This document shows, piece by piece, positions 38,746-51,199 of a DNA stretch of 64,000 nt (its first letter is position 1; every line of letters starts with the position of its first letter). The stretch is from Octopus sinensis (lineage: Eukaryota): contig NC_043005.1 of NCBI RefSeq assembly GCF_006345805.1, forward strand, positions 23,870,001 through 23,934,000, given 5' to 3'. The notes under the pieces are model-generated. The model saw only the letters and a list, made by a program, of their open reading frames with translations, did no database searches and was not told where the DNA came from. The position numbers were made by a program, and so were the translations under genes.

Positions 38746-39399
38746 TTGACAAACGGGCACACATATACACACATCATCCTACAAAAAGTTTGCAAACACA
38801 CACAGACACATCTATTTACACCACAATAAACCCTGAGACCAATCAAAAACTGCCCACACACACATATCAGTGTGTATATCAGTGCATGTGCATATTTATC
38901 TTGCCGCGGCGCTTCGCACACATATGGGTACTCATAGGTCTACACACATCCATCCATGGATGTACTTGCGCATCCACAAGTGGCCACATAGATATATATT
39001 TATGCGTGCACATAAATATACAGCTATATGTAAATTAATATAGAAAGAAAGATAAGTACATACCCATATGAGAGTGAAAAGTTGGTATCGAGTTGTTAAG
39101 TAATGAGAGTGTTATGTAGGGAAATGGTAAAAGTAAGTTATTGGACTGGGGGTGTATTTGTTTCAGGGTATATAATTGCTGAGTTTAATAAAGGGGTAGA
39201 TATTAATTAATTAATTAACCAATCAATTTAAATTATTAACTGGTCCATTAGTCAATCAAGTTTCAATTTATCTATGGTTATGGTGAATAACTATGGGTAC
39301 TATTATGGAAGAGGAAGATTAGAGAATTAACTCATTTCAATTATATCTAGAGAATATATGTTTACTTGTGTGCAAGCAGGCAGACTAGTTTCGTTCCTG

Positions 39400-39650
39400 T
39401 CTCTAGTTAATCAAGAGGAGCCTAGCCATTAGAAGGAAAAAATTTTCCTTTAATACATAGGTAACATTTAAAAAATTTTTTTACACTGTAACAGGGTGCT
39501 GAAGTAAGTATATCCCATTCCAAATCAAAACTAATGTTTTTATCCTTAACTCCCCAAATGAATTTGCTTAATCCAATTGAGTTATGTTTATTTCTGTTTC
39601 TAAAAGTGTGTAAGTGTGTGGCTAGTCGTCTCTTCATTTCATTTTGGGTG
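39400..39650 (-). mobile_element. Penelope GIY-YIG C-terminal fragment
   Basis: RLATHLHTFRN...IGLSKFIWGVKDKNISFDLEWDIL...APCYS...CYLCIKGK is the typical PLE endonuclease tail. Confidence 0.75.
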
Positions 39651-39918
39651 GCGCCTATATAAATATGTTTGTTATATTGTATTGTGACTGTGCACTGGTA
39701 AATTACACATTTTCTTTTACATGTGTTTTCAAGAGCTCAGTTATTTTTATTTCTGCAGTCACACAGATTGTACATGTTATTGTGAGGGGGAGAGTTATTT
39801 ACTAGAAGATTTACTATTTCTAGAGGAGAGGTTATTAGGTGTACTATCATAGTTTACAGGATTATTAAAGTTGTTAATATTTGCATTAAGTTTGGGATAG
39901 TTAGAATATTCGTTATTA

Positions 39919-39963
<45 letters not shown>

Positions 39964-39964
<1 letters not shown>

Positions 39965-40301
39965 GAGTGAAATAGAAGTGCATGCCATCAAAGTGGCACT
40001 GGGGTAGAATATACGAAGCCCAGTATACCCGTCCTTACTACCCGTCTGATAAGGGTAAGCTAGGCACATGCATCACAACCATATGTGCGCGACATGGTGA
40101 TCTCATATCAAGATAAACAGCACATGACCTTGCAGGTGGGGGCCCAGTTAGAATTTTCTTCTGGTCGAGTAACCCATCCTGCTCAAAAGGTCCCTGAATA
40201 AGGGTTGTTTAAGTGTTGAACGAATCACCCATGTTTCCAGAGGTGAATTATTCAAACCCCAAAGAATCCCTCTCAACACATGGCTATCATGCCCCCCCCC
40301 C
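39964..40301 (-). mobile_element. About 340-bp non-coding element flanked by (TAA)n on both sides
   Basis: Non-microsatellite body with sharp ends between (TTA)n tracts at 39913-39963 and 40304-40495. No ORF. Orientation inferred from a 5' G-run and a 3' (AAT)n tail. Confidence 0.55.
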
Positions 40302-40371
40302 AATATTATTATTATTATTATTGTTGTTGTTGTTGTTGTTGTTGTTATTGTTGTTGTTATTATTATTATTA

Positions 40372-40408
<37 letters not shown>

Positions 40409-40824
40409 GTTATTATAATTATTATTATTATTATTATTATTATTGTTGTTGTTGTTGTTGTTGTTATTATTATTTTTATTATTATTATTATTATTTATGT
40501 AAAATATATCTAGTTTTTTATTATTTAAGGAGGCTATGATGTTAGCTAAGTTATGGCCTAAACTGTAGGCTACCTTTATTGTTTTACTGTTAATAATTTC
40601 AAAATATCTATTTTTCGTATTAAAATGTTTATTAATAATCTTGAATATAGATTTGACTAGATTTGTTTTAATCTTAATAGCATACGGGAGTATAAGCTAG
40701 CTTTGATCTTTGGGGGTTTTTTTCAGTGTTGTTACAATACGTCACAGGTGTGTTGCTGTGCGCATGGTAAATGCTGTGTTTGTGTTCTTTTACATTTTTC
40801 ATTTTCTTATCCTTATTATAACAA

Positions 40825-41350
40825 CTAGCGTGCCCGTTAAACGATGCGTAGTTTTTCCCATGTATTCTCAAAAGTAATTGAAAGTATCAATAACCACTTT
40901 TACATATATTTATATAAATCTGTCTCTATATATGTTTTATACAATTTTATTAAATATTTTAATATACACAGCATAAATCCATGACAAAAATTAAGCAATT
41001 AATATAAGTAATAATCAGCAACTGCTCCAGAGCAATTAAGTGAACATTGTGTAAGAGACGTCCAGTTGAATCAAGAGCTCTAGAGCTGCGCGATGTTGTT
41101 GAGCATCTTCATGTAAAATTTCTCCTCTTCTTTCCTCTGATATATGTTCTATTGCTACTCTATGTTTTTGAGAGTCCTGTATTAAAATTTCGGAGCGTTG
41201 TACTTGGCTCAAGTTCGCCCGCGATTCTCTCCGCCGTGCAGCATTTATGTTTCTTACAGCTTCTCGTCGGTCAAAGCTCAATCTTCTTCGCCTCTCCTGT
41301 TGCCGAAGTCTGGCTGCTTCTTTTCTCTGGCTAGCAATATCAATACTCAT
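40825..41350 (-). mobile_element. Helitron 3' terminus plus R/E-rich N-terminal RepHel-like ORF remnant
   Basis: Minus strand ...GCATCGTTTAACGGGCACG-CTAG|T at 40825. ORF 41036-41350 AARLRQQERRRR...NAARRRESRA resembles the charged N-termini of Helitron proteins. Confidence 0.5.
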
Positions 41351-41727
41351 AATTTATCTATGGGTATGGTGAAAAACTATGGGTACTATTATGGGGGAGG
41401 AGGAGTAGAGAATCAACTAATTTCAATTATATCTAGAGAATACATGTTTACCTGTGTGCAAGCTAGCGGACTAGTTTCGCTCCTATATATTCTGCTTCAT
41501 ATCCATTATTATAGTATGCATTTTAATGAGCAGATATTTATTAAAGTATACAGGTCATAATAAATTTAAATAGAATTACCTTCCACACATCCTTTAAATT
41601 TCAAACTTTGATATCCACGAACCTTTAAAGCTTTCATATCAGTAAACCTCAAACATTGTTATTACCCATCAACCTATTGCAGAAAATTAAACCTCCTTGC
41701 ACTTCTACCTTTATTGTATTTTAAATA

Positions 41728-43011
41728 TTGGGTTGGAAAATAAGTTCCCGCGGTTTTTTTAATTCTGGAATTTATTGCGTTTTTAAACTTTGGAATCTAT
41801 TTTTTTTCGAGAATTCTATTTTTGAATCATTTGGGAATCTATTTTGTTTTATCATCCAGTTAGATTTAGTTAATTTTGTTTATTTTTAGATCATTAAAAT
41901 GGAATGTAGAGTTAAGAAAAACGAGCATTTTCGACACCTCCTTCATTTTGCTTTTAATCAAGGTTCTAAGGCCGCAAAAGCTGCTTGCAACATTTGTGCT
42001 GTGTATGGAGAGGGTGCTATGGTTGAAAGAAGCGCTCGTGATTGGTATGCCAAGTAAAAAAATGGAAATTTTGACCTGAAAGACGCACCTCGTTCTGGCC
42101 GTCCAGTTCGATGAAGAGCGATTAAACCAACTTTTGCGCGAAAATCCTCGTCAAACGACAAGGGAACTGGCAGAGCAAATGAAATGTTCCCATACTGCTA
42201 TAGAGAAACATCTTTACTCGATGCGAAAGGTTCAAGAGTATGGAACATGGGTTCCGCATGCTTTAAGTGACAACAACAAAAATCAACGACCTACAATCTC
42301 CGCTCGTTTGCTTGCTCGTCACCGCTCAACTCATGGACACAAGCAACGATTTCTTTACCCAATCATTACTAGACACGAAAAATGGTGCCTGCACATCAAT
42401 ATGAAGCAGCGTAAGGCTTAGCCCCGGTAAACAAGCGACACCGCCAGTGAAACAAGATCTTCATCCGCATAAAACGATGTTGTGCGTATGGTGGGACTAG
42501 GAAGGGATTATCCTTTACGAATTGCTTGAACGAAACCAAACGGTCAACGCGGAACTCTATATTCAACAGATGGAACGACTCAACACGGCTATCCAAGAGA
42601 AAAGACCTAATCGTCAGCATGGAGTTCTTCTGCTGCACGACAATGCTCGCCATGATATCGCCAATATGACCAAGGAAGCCATTCAAACGTATGGCTGGGA
42701 AGTGCTGCCACACCCGCCGTACACTCCTGATTAGGCACCAACGGATTTCCACCTCTTTCAATCTCTTTCAAATGCTATGCGCGGAGTTTCGTTCAATACT
42801 GATGCAGAATTGAGAGCTTGGTTGGATCAATTTTTCGAGTCGAAATCGGGTGATTTCTACCAACGTGGTATTGAAAATCTTGTTGAACGTTGGGAAGAAT
42901 TTGTAAACAAGGGTGAATATATTATTGGTTAATTAGCTGTTATTTTTTATTAAACCTTTTAAAGAATTTAAATTTAAAAATGAAACGGTGGGAACTTAGT
43001 TGCCAACCCAA
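41728..43011 (+). mobile_element. Full-length degenerate mariner (1284 bp)
   Basis: TIRs TTGGGTTGG.AA.TAAGTTCCC at both ends with TA duplications. Transposase about 41899-42932 with RSGRP, WVPH, CVWWD, HDNAR, HPPYTPD; stops and frameshifts present. Confidence 0.95.
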
Positions 43012-43399
43012 TAGTTATTTTATTTTATTTTCTCTCATCTTCCTTCCTATCCTACTAATGGTGTTATCTTGCTGTCTTATTAAAATCCAACCATATTGCC
43101 CGAGCTACACTAACACAGGAAGGTATCATTTGAAGTAAATTTAGTTGCTATTGGTCGCAAGTCGGGAGACTGCATAAATATTTTGTTGGAGTATGAATTA
43201 CAAAAAGAGCAACAGATGAGAGAAAAGAGTCCCGAAAGTCGCCCCAGTTAGAATACTGCAATCTGAGTCTATGTATCTATGTACCAACTTTTCTTTTCAT
43301 CTATGTATCTACTGTCTCTCTCACTTTCTCTCTTTATCTCCCACTTCCTCTGTGTCCCTCCTCTCGTCCGCTTTTAATTTAATACTGTTCTATCTTAAT

Positions 43400-43459
43400 A
43401 CTCAAGAAAAGCGTGACGGGCAGACAGACAGACGGACGCGGCTCTTATTATAGTATAGA
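43400..43459 (-). mobile_element. Helitron 5' terminus
   Basis: Minus strand A|TCTATACTATAATAAGAGCCGCGTCCGTCTGTCTGTC. Confidence 0.6.
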
Positions 43460-43720
43460 TTAATAATGCAATAATTAGTGGTTCGGTTATCTTTTTGTTT
43501 ACCATAATTACTGCTACTGATATTGCAATTTATGTTATTATTACTATTATTTGTACAGTTTACTTATATCCCTTTTGTTAATATTATTTGTGTTATCATT
43601 TCTATTCCTGTTAGTGTTGGGGACTGTGGGTTTCCGCGTTTTTTATTCAATTTAGATTTATTATTATTATTATTGTTATTGTTGTTGTTTTTGTTATCAT
43701 CATCATCATCATCATCATCA

Positions 43721-43758
<38 letters not shown>

Positions 43759-43922
43759 GCCATTACTATACCTGTTATTATTGCACGGTCTATAGCATTT
43801 TATTTTATATTTATATACCGCGTGTTTTAAGGCAATGTTGAACTGTTTTCCTTATATATATACCTATTTACCTAATATCGAGGTCTCATTCCTTTGTTGT
43901 CATTTAATTATTATTATTATTA

Positions 43923-43971
<49 letters not shown>

Positions 43972-43972
<1 letters not shown>

Positions 43973-46126
43973 TATGTTTGACTTTTGCTTTATATTTGTA
44001 CAAGTTGGCTCCAAGTCTCACCCAGAGACCTCAAGAGACAACAGGGTTGGAAGTTCATGTTATTGTTATGCCTAGTGTGCCATATATTTGGGGGGTGGGG
44101 ATGTTGTACTAATGAATGTCTAAAAAAAAAAAGGTTTTTTTTTTTCATTTTTTAAACCGAAAATTATGTTTGTTTTAAACCTTGAGATTACATAGAGAGT
44201 ATTTTGCGTAGGATATGAGCAGTTCCCATGAGCACTATCTTTTGAACTTCTGCCATTTTTGGGTTTCCTGGTATCTGAGTTAGGTAGCTATCAGCCCCTT
44301 TTGATATCATTCCCAGGGCACCTATGACAACAGGTATTGTTTTAGTCTTCAGCTTCCACATTTTGCTGATTTCTATTTCAAGATCTTTATATTTGCTCAG
44401 TTTTTGGTAGGTCTTGACAGATACGTTTATATCGATTGGGACAGTCATATCAATGAGGAGGCATGTTCTTTGTTTGAAGTCTTTCAATATGATATCTGGC
44501 CTATTTGCATCTATCTTCCTGTCAGTTTGAATGGTGAAGTTCCAGAGGAGTGAGATGTGGTCATTTTCAAGCACTGGGGTGTTTGTGTTCCCACCAGTTT
44601 TTTTCATGGGGCAAATCCAGGTTTTTACAGATTACCCAGTGAATATATTGTGCAGCTCTATCGTGCCTGTTGAGATACTCTGTAGGCGCTAGAAGACTGC
44701 ACTTGGAGACCACATGGTCAATGGTTTCATTTTGTTGCTTGCATACACGACACGTTGGACTGCTTCTGATCTTTAATATGTTGGCCTGGTAGTTTCTTGT
44801 TGGTAGGCATTGATCTTGAGCTGCTATGATAAACCCCTCTGTTTCAGATTTTAAGCCAGAGGCCATTAGCCATTGATGGGTCAGTGCTTTGTCAACATCT
44901 GCATTATTCGCTCTCTTTGGGTATTTGCCATAGAGAGGTTTTTCTTGCCATTTATCATTCAGAATATCTAAGGCCGCAGTTTTAGCACGGGTTTTCATGC
45001 GCCTAGCTTTTTCTGTGCTTGTTTCTTGTATATCTATCTCTAATTCCGAAATTGGTTGTATTCGGAATTCACTTAGATATTCCTTTGCCTGTTTTGTGAC
45101 TGAGTATGATGCTTTCTTGTTTTCATGTTTTGAGACAAGTTTTAACATCCAGTCCTCAGAGTTTTTCAGGTAGGTGTCTAGGCCAATTGTAGCAATCTTC
45201 ATTGTTATTGCCAGTTGCAGAAGACCACGGCCTCCCTCTTTTCTTGGCAGATAGAGTCGTTCTGTATCTGCCTTAGGGTGGTGCATTCTATGCATTGTCA
45301 ACAGTTTTCTTATTTTTCTGTCGAGCTGACATATTTCAGTAATTGACCAGTTAACAATATTGAAACTGTAAGTCACGACTGGTATAGCTAATGTATTGAT
45401 CGCTTCGATCCTGTTTCTTGCATTCAGCTCTGTCTTGAGTATTGCTCTCACTCTTCGATAGCATTCTCTCCTGATCCTTTCCTTCATCTCTGAATGCCTT
45501 ATTCCGTTCCCTTCAATTACCCCTAGGTACTTGTAGCTCTCCGCTGGGTCTAGTTCTTTTATGACATTCTGTTGGTCAAGGTTAACGTTAGATGTTTCTG
45601 TCATTTTTCCTTTGATAAAGGTAGCCTTTGCACATTTATCGAGGCCGAATTGCATTCTGATGTCGTCGCTGAATTGTTTGACTATCGCTAGTAAGCCCTT
45701 GAGTTGTTGATCATTTTTTGCAAAAAGCTTTAAATCATCCATGTAAACGAGATGATTTATATTTTTATCAAACATTTTATACCCGTACTGCGCGTCATTG
45801 AGCAGCTTTGAGAGAGGTATTAAGGATAAACAAAAGAGGAGTGGTGACAGTGAGTCCACCCTGGAAAATTCCACACGAAATTTTTACATCACCAGCATTT
45901 AGGGATTCACTGTCACTGTTCAGAGTTAGTGTGGTTCTCCATGATCTCATACTTACAGTCAAGAAGTTTCGCAGAGTGGTGCTATCTTATACATTTCAAG
46001 GCATTTCTTAATCCAGCTATGTGGTAGGCTATCAAAAGCCTTTTTATAGTCTATCCAGGCTATTGATAAGTTTTTGTGTCGTTTGTGACAATCTTCTAAG
46101 ATCATCTTATTGATGAGTAGTTGGTC

Positions 46127-46127
<1 letters not shown>
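43972..46127 (-). mobile_element. 5'-truncated R4/Dong-clade LINE (RT, CCHC finger, restriction-like endonuclease) in (TAA)n
   Basis: WIDYKKAFDS, GIFQG.DSLSPLLF, HLVYMDDLKL, KYLG; CRVCKQQNETIDHVVSKC; NRPDII...LIDMTVP...K...K..KYKDL. (TTA)n tracts on both flanks. Confidence 0.93.
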
Positions 46128-46179
<52 letters not shown>

Positions 46180-46615
46180 GTGTGTGTGTGTGTGTATGTA
46201 TGTGTTGCTTTACTCAGTTCTTTATGTGAAGAAAATCGACACCTAATTATGATTTTACTTTTCCTTTCTTTCTTTGTTAAATTGTTTGTGGTCTGTTCTG
46301 AAGGTGGTATCTTTTCTAAAATAATCTGATTCAGACCATTAGCGTTCAGGTTAATAAGGAAGATGATTATAGATGTGTGTTGGGGGTCGGCCTATTTGCC
46401 TATTAACCTACCAATTTGTCTCAAGTGTATCTATACACACAGATATACTTGCGTATGCGTATATCTTCATACAGAGATGCGTGTGGGTGTATCTGCGTGC
46501 GTTTGCGTTTATCTCGGTATTGCTTGTCGAGGCCGAGGCGACGATTTGAAGCGGAAAAGAACAAAGCAATAATGAGAATCTAAAGGATTTTAACACAGGC
46601 ACACAGGCACACACG

Positions 46616-46649
<34 letters not shown>

Positions 46650-47695
46650 TATAAACGCACACACATGTGAGCGCGCTAGTATTCGCTTAAACTTTGAGTG
46701 AAAGGCGAGGAAAATAATTTGCAGTTAATGATATAAAATTTGTTCATTGATATGAAGTCTATGATGAACTCCAGAGATACTTCAAATTTTATGAGAAACG
46801 CTCGTACAAGCACTATTAAGGGGGATGCTGAAAGGCAATATGGCGGATAAAAATTACTTATTCCGACCTCATAAAAGTTGAGCTTCAATACTCTCTGCTA
46901 TTATTGGTGGAATTCAAAGTAAGCTGAATTGTTGTGGTACAGAAGTGATCTATATTTTCTAGTGAGAGTTAGGAATCAACAACAGATTTACTTACTGCGT
47001 AACTTTCCAGTTTTCGCTCTAATAAAGCCTCAATGAGAGCACCACTCGCACATCCAAGTAACTATGGAGTGAATTATCGATTTTATACAAATATCTATAG
47101 CTTTGCTATATCGTGCAATGTGGTAAAGATGGTAGAGCTGACAGTTTCCTTGGAACGAACATCGGAGATACTTACCCCAGGAAAGACAGAAAATACAGTG
47201 AGTTATTTGAATTTTGTGAAAGTAAAAGACGGGAGGAGTCGATCTGCCTTCCTGCAGAAATAGGTGTTAGGATTTTCTAGAATTACGGTTCATTCGATGC
47301 TCAGGAATCTTGAATTAGCTGCGAAATGGAGAAAAGATGTTGCCAGAAAATTGGCAGAAGTCGTTGAGAAAGTAATTCATTACATTTGACTCAAGGGAGA
47401 TGACGAGTGATACAGCTTGATCGAACATTGAGGATGGTAGAAACATCTGGCCAAGAGTCGCAACATCTGCTTGACAAAGCTCATGCGGGAGTTTTGTTGC
47501 CTTCATCAGTGGGTGGTCCCGGCCCGGGCAGCTCTGGAGGGGCCAAAACACCTACAGAGCTGTTTCACCGCCTGTAACACACAATACACATAGCTCAAAA
47601 TACTGTAACCCGGCCAACACACATATTATACATACTTACTTCCAATAATATAACATTGCTCACATTGCAAATACTCTACCAAATTATCTCTAATA

Positions 47696-47836
47696 TTAGG
47701 TTGTCCCAAAAGTTCGTAAACACTTGCGAAAATTGAATTTTTACTCGCCAAGTACTAACAAAAACAACAAAAATTATTCCTCAAAATAAAGACCATTATT
47801 TTCCAAGACTTTCTACGAACTTTTGGGACAACCTTA
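47696..47836. mobile_element. 141-bp mariner-type MITE
   Basis: TIR AGGTTGTCCCAAAAGTTCGTA at both ends, flanked by TA. Confidence 0.88.
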
Positions 47837-48167
47837 TATATAACACAGCTCACATAATACATGTTCTACAAACATCCTATTTCAATAACATAACTTAGCT
47901 CAAATTTCCTGCAAACACTTTCCGTCGAAATAAAATAATTGACACAACGTATATTCCAAACGACCAACTCTCAATATTTCAAATAAGTTTTCAAAACAAA
48001 GCAATACGAACTCAAAGAGCGAATTCAGTAACATACCAAATTGGATGCAATGCAAAATGTTCCACTTCCTCAAAAGGCAACACAGCTTACATTAAGAACA
48101 CAGAAGTGATTTTCCATTTACAGGAAACCCATTGAAAAAAAAAACAAAAACACACCGTTAATAATAG

Positions 48168-48372
48168 TTTCTACTATAGGCACAAGACCTGGAATTTGGG
48201 GGGTTGAAAATTACATCGACTCCAGTGATTCACTAGTACTTAATTTATCGACCCCGAAAGGATGAAAGGCAAAGTCGATCTCGGCGGAATTTGAACTCAG
48301 AATGTAGCGACGGGTAAAATACCGCTAAGCATTTCGCCCAGCGTGCCAACGGTTTGCCAGCTGGCCACCTTA
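48168..48372 (-). mobile_element. SINE family C
   Basis: Reverse complement contains GAGTTCAAATTCC and GATCGACTTTGCCTTTCATCCTTTCGGGGTCGATAAATTAAGTAC, as in 20480-20693. Confidence 0.75.
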
Positions 48373-49905
48373 AACAGCGGTAATAATAAGACCAACATTG
48401 AATGAAAGTTTTGGAATTAATTAATTATACTGAAAATAACTCTTATAAAAGAGGTTATGAAGGAATCTAAAAGGCATATCAGATTGATATGTAAAATAGA
48501 GCTAAAATATATAATGTTTAAAGTGTATACGTAAACTGGTGCTAAATGGGGGGGGGGAAAATAAAGTAATATGAGTAACTATTCTTTCTGTTGGATAGGT
48601 ATAATATCGTCAACTGAAAAGTAAATGAATATGAAAAAAGAAGCAAAAAGAAAAATATCACGAGCCGAAGTTTGACATGGGAAAATATCCAATAATGATT
48701 AGAGGAAGGGAGGGAAGTAAACCAAGTAGAAAACTGTAGTAAAATATTCATTGTAGTGCTACAAAAATAAATAGAAAACTAATACAAAACTGGAAAAAGA
48801 ATGGTGTTTACACAAAAGAGAGGCTGAAATGAATTGTGAAAAGGAAAAGGAAAAGCTAAAAACTGGGCTAACAATGAGGTTACTGAATCCCACGTCAAAG
48901 TGATGTAAAGAAAAAAATCCTCTACATGACCAATATGATAGAGAGATAAAAAGATAGACAGGGAGAGAATGAGAGAGGGAGAGAGAGAGAGAGAGCGAGA
49001 GAGAGGAAACAAAGAAAATTTGCAGCATCGGTTAGGAACTGAGTGACTCAAAATTGAGACTGAATGATTCTTTATTCCGACACAAGATCAAAATCTCCCC
49101 GACCAGAAACAGCCAGAATTATACAATGAGGAATACATTAAATAACCGAGAAAAATGTTGGGATTCAAAAAATAAAATGACAGAAAGGCCCCATATTTTT
49201 ATCCTTGGTTTCGTAGTCTTAATTAAGAAAGAAAACATCTATCGCCATGACATCTATCGGCATGACAGAATTGAGATCTTTAAAGAGTCGAAGCCATGTC
49301 TGCATTATGGAAAACCAAAAATAAAGAGAGGATATAAGCAAACACGCACATAGAAGCTAGTTTTCAGAGAATGACAGTGACCATACTTGGGGAAATGCCA
49401 ACCGGCATAGAAAGTGCCTTGTGATCAAAGTATTAGTGGAATTAGGTAATGATGAATCTCAAAATGAAATTTAAAATTTATTCAAAGATAAAGATCTGTA
49501 AATAAGGATAGCCAAGCTAAGCTAATTCAGTGAATTGTCCGGAGAAAACAATCTATTGTTGCATATCACGATCGAAGTCATTCCACTGAAATTTATTCAG
49601 ATAATAATTTTGAGGGGGAGAGAAAGAGAGAGAGAGAGAGAGAGAAAAAGGAGAAAAAAAGAGAGACTAGAGAAATAGGGAGAAAAAGATAACGAGGGAA
49701 AGAGCAAGAATGTTACGTCAATTCGCTTGCTTTAGTCCTTATGTTGATTAGATTCCCTCAAGACCTTCTGGCTGTTTTCCAATTAATGTACGTAGCAGAG
49801 TAGATTCCGTTCTGAACACTTACACCTCAAATGTGTAATGACCACTCACTTGACATACAGAAAATTCAACGAATATACTTACGCATAAATATACATACAT
49901 ATATA

Positions 49906-51000
49906 TTGGGTCATCCCATAAATGATGCGTTGTTTTATACTTCTTTTTCAAAATTAAGATAAACCAAGTTATTTTTAAATTTAGAATACACTCTCCTTCA
50001 TTTTCTACAATGATCTTCCATCTATCCGGTAGACTTGGAAGGCTCCTCTTCTAAAATTCACATGTCCGTAATGAAAAATACTTCCCCAGTGATGTTCTGA
50101 CTTCGTCTACAGAGTTCATATTTTTTCCGTCCAAATGATTTTGAAAACTGCTCCATTTGATTATCATTTATAAATGATAATCAGATGGGGCAGTTTCCAG
50201 CGAATATGGTGGGTGGGGTATCATTTCCCATTCAAACTGCTCCAGCCTTTGCAATGTCATCATCACTGTATGTGGTCAACACATGGAAGAACACCTTTTG
50301 TCTTGAAACCAAAGATGGTCGAATTTCTTTTAGTGCTGACGGCTCGAGCTGCTCGCAGTAGATCTCATTTGTTATCGCTTGGTTTGGGTTTAAAAGTTCA
50401 AAGTGGACTAAGCATTTCATGTTCCACCAAACAGATATCAACACCTTGAGTGGATGAAGACCTTTTAGCCTGGGGTACCGGTGTTTCTCCTTTCCCTACC
50501 CACTGTCTCGGTGTTTGACATTTTTCAGAGAGCCCATTTCTCGTCACCAGTCGCTGTTCTGTTGAAAAAAGTTTCATTCGTTAGTCGTGACAGGAAAGAA
50601 GAGCCCACATTCACTCTCTGCGCGCGATTAGACTCGGAAAGTTTGTGAGCAAGCTATTGACCCAATTTGCTGACCTTTCCAATGGCACGCAGATATGGAT
50701 AAATGATTGAATGACCAAAGCCACGCTTATCTGCTAGTTTCTCAACATTTACGATGGGATTTTGTTCCACCATGGTTTGTAGGATGTCCTCGTCGAGCGC
50801 TACAGATCTTCCAGGACGAGGTTCATCTTCTAGGCTGTAGTTTCCGGCTTGAAATTTCTGGAACCACCGTTGACAATGGCTTACGCTTAAAATTACTACC
50901 CACTTTTATAACAATTTGATGCAGGTAGTTTATCCTGTTCCCCTCCGACTTTTAGTTCATGCAACTGAAAAAAACCCGCATTATTTATGGGATGACCCAA
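49906..51000 (-). mobile_element. Degenerate mariner with both TIRs (1095 bp)
   Basis: TIR TTGGGTCATCCCATAAAT.ATGCG at both ends with TA duplications. LISVWWN and HPPYSLELPPSDYHL on the minus strand. Confidence 0.92.
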
Positions 51001-51099
51001 TACATACATACGTATATACATACATACATACATACATACATACAGACAGACAGACATACATACATATATACATACATGCTTACATACATACATACATAT

Positions 51100-51146
<47 letters not shown>

Positions 51147-51199
51147 CATACATACATAAATGGCAATTTTTGTCTGTTAGTGGGGTGGTGGTGGTGAAT

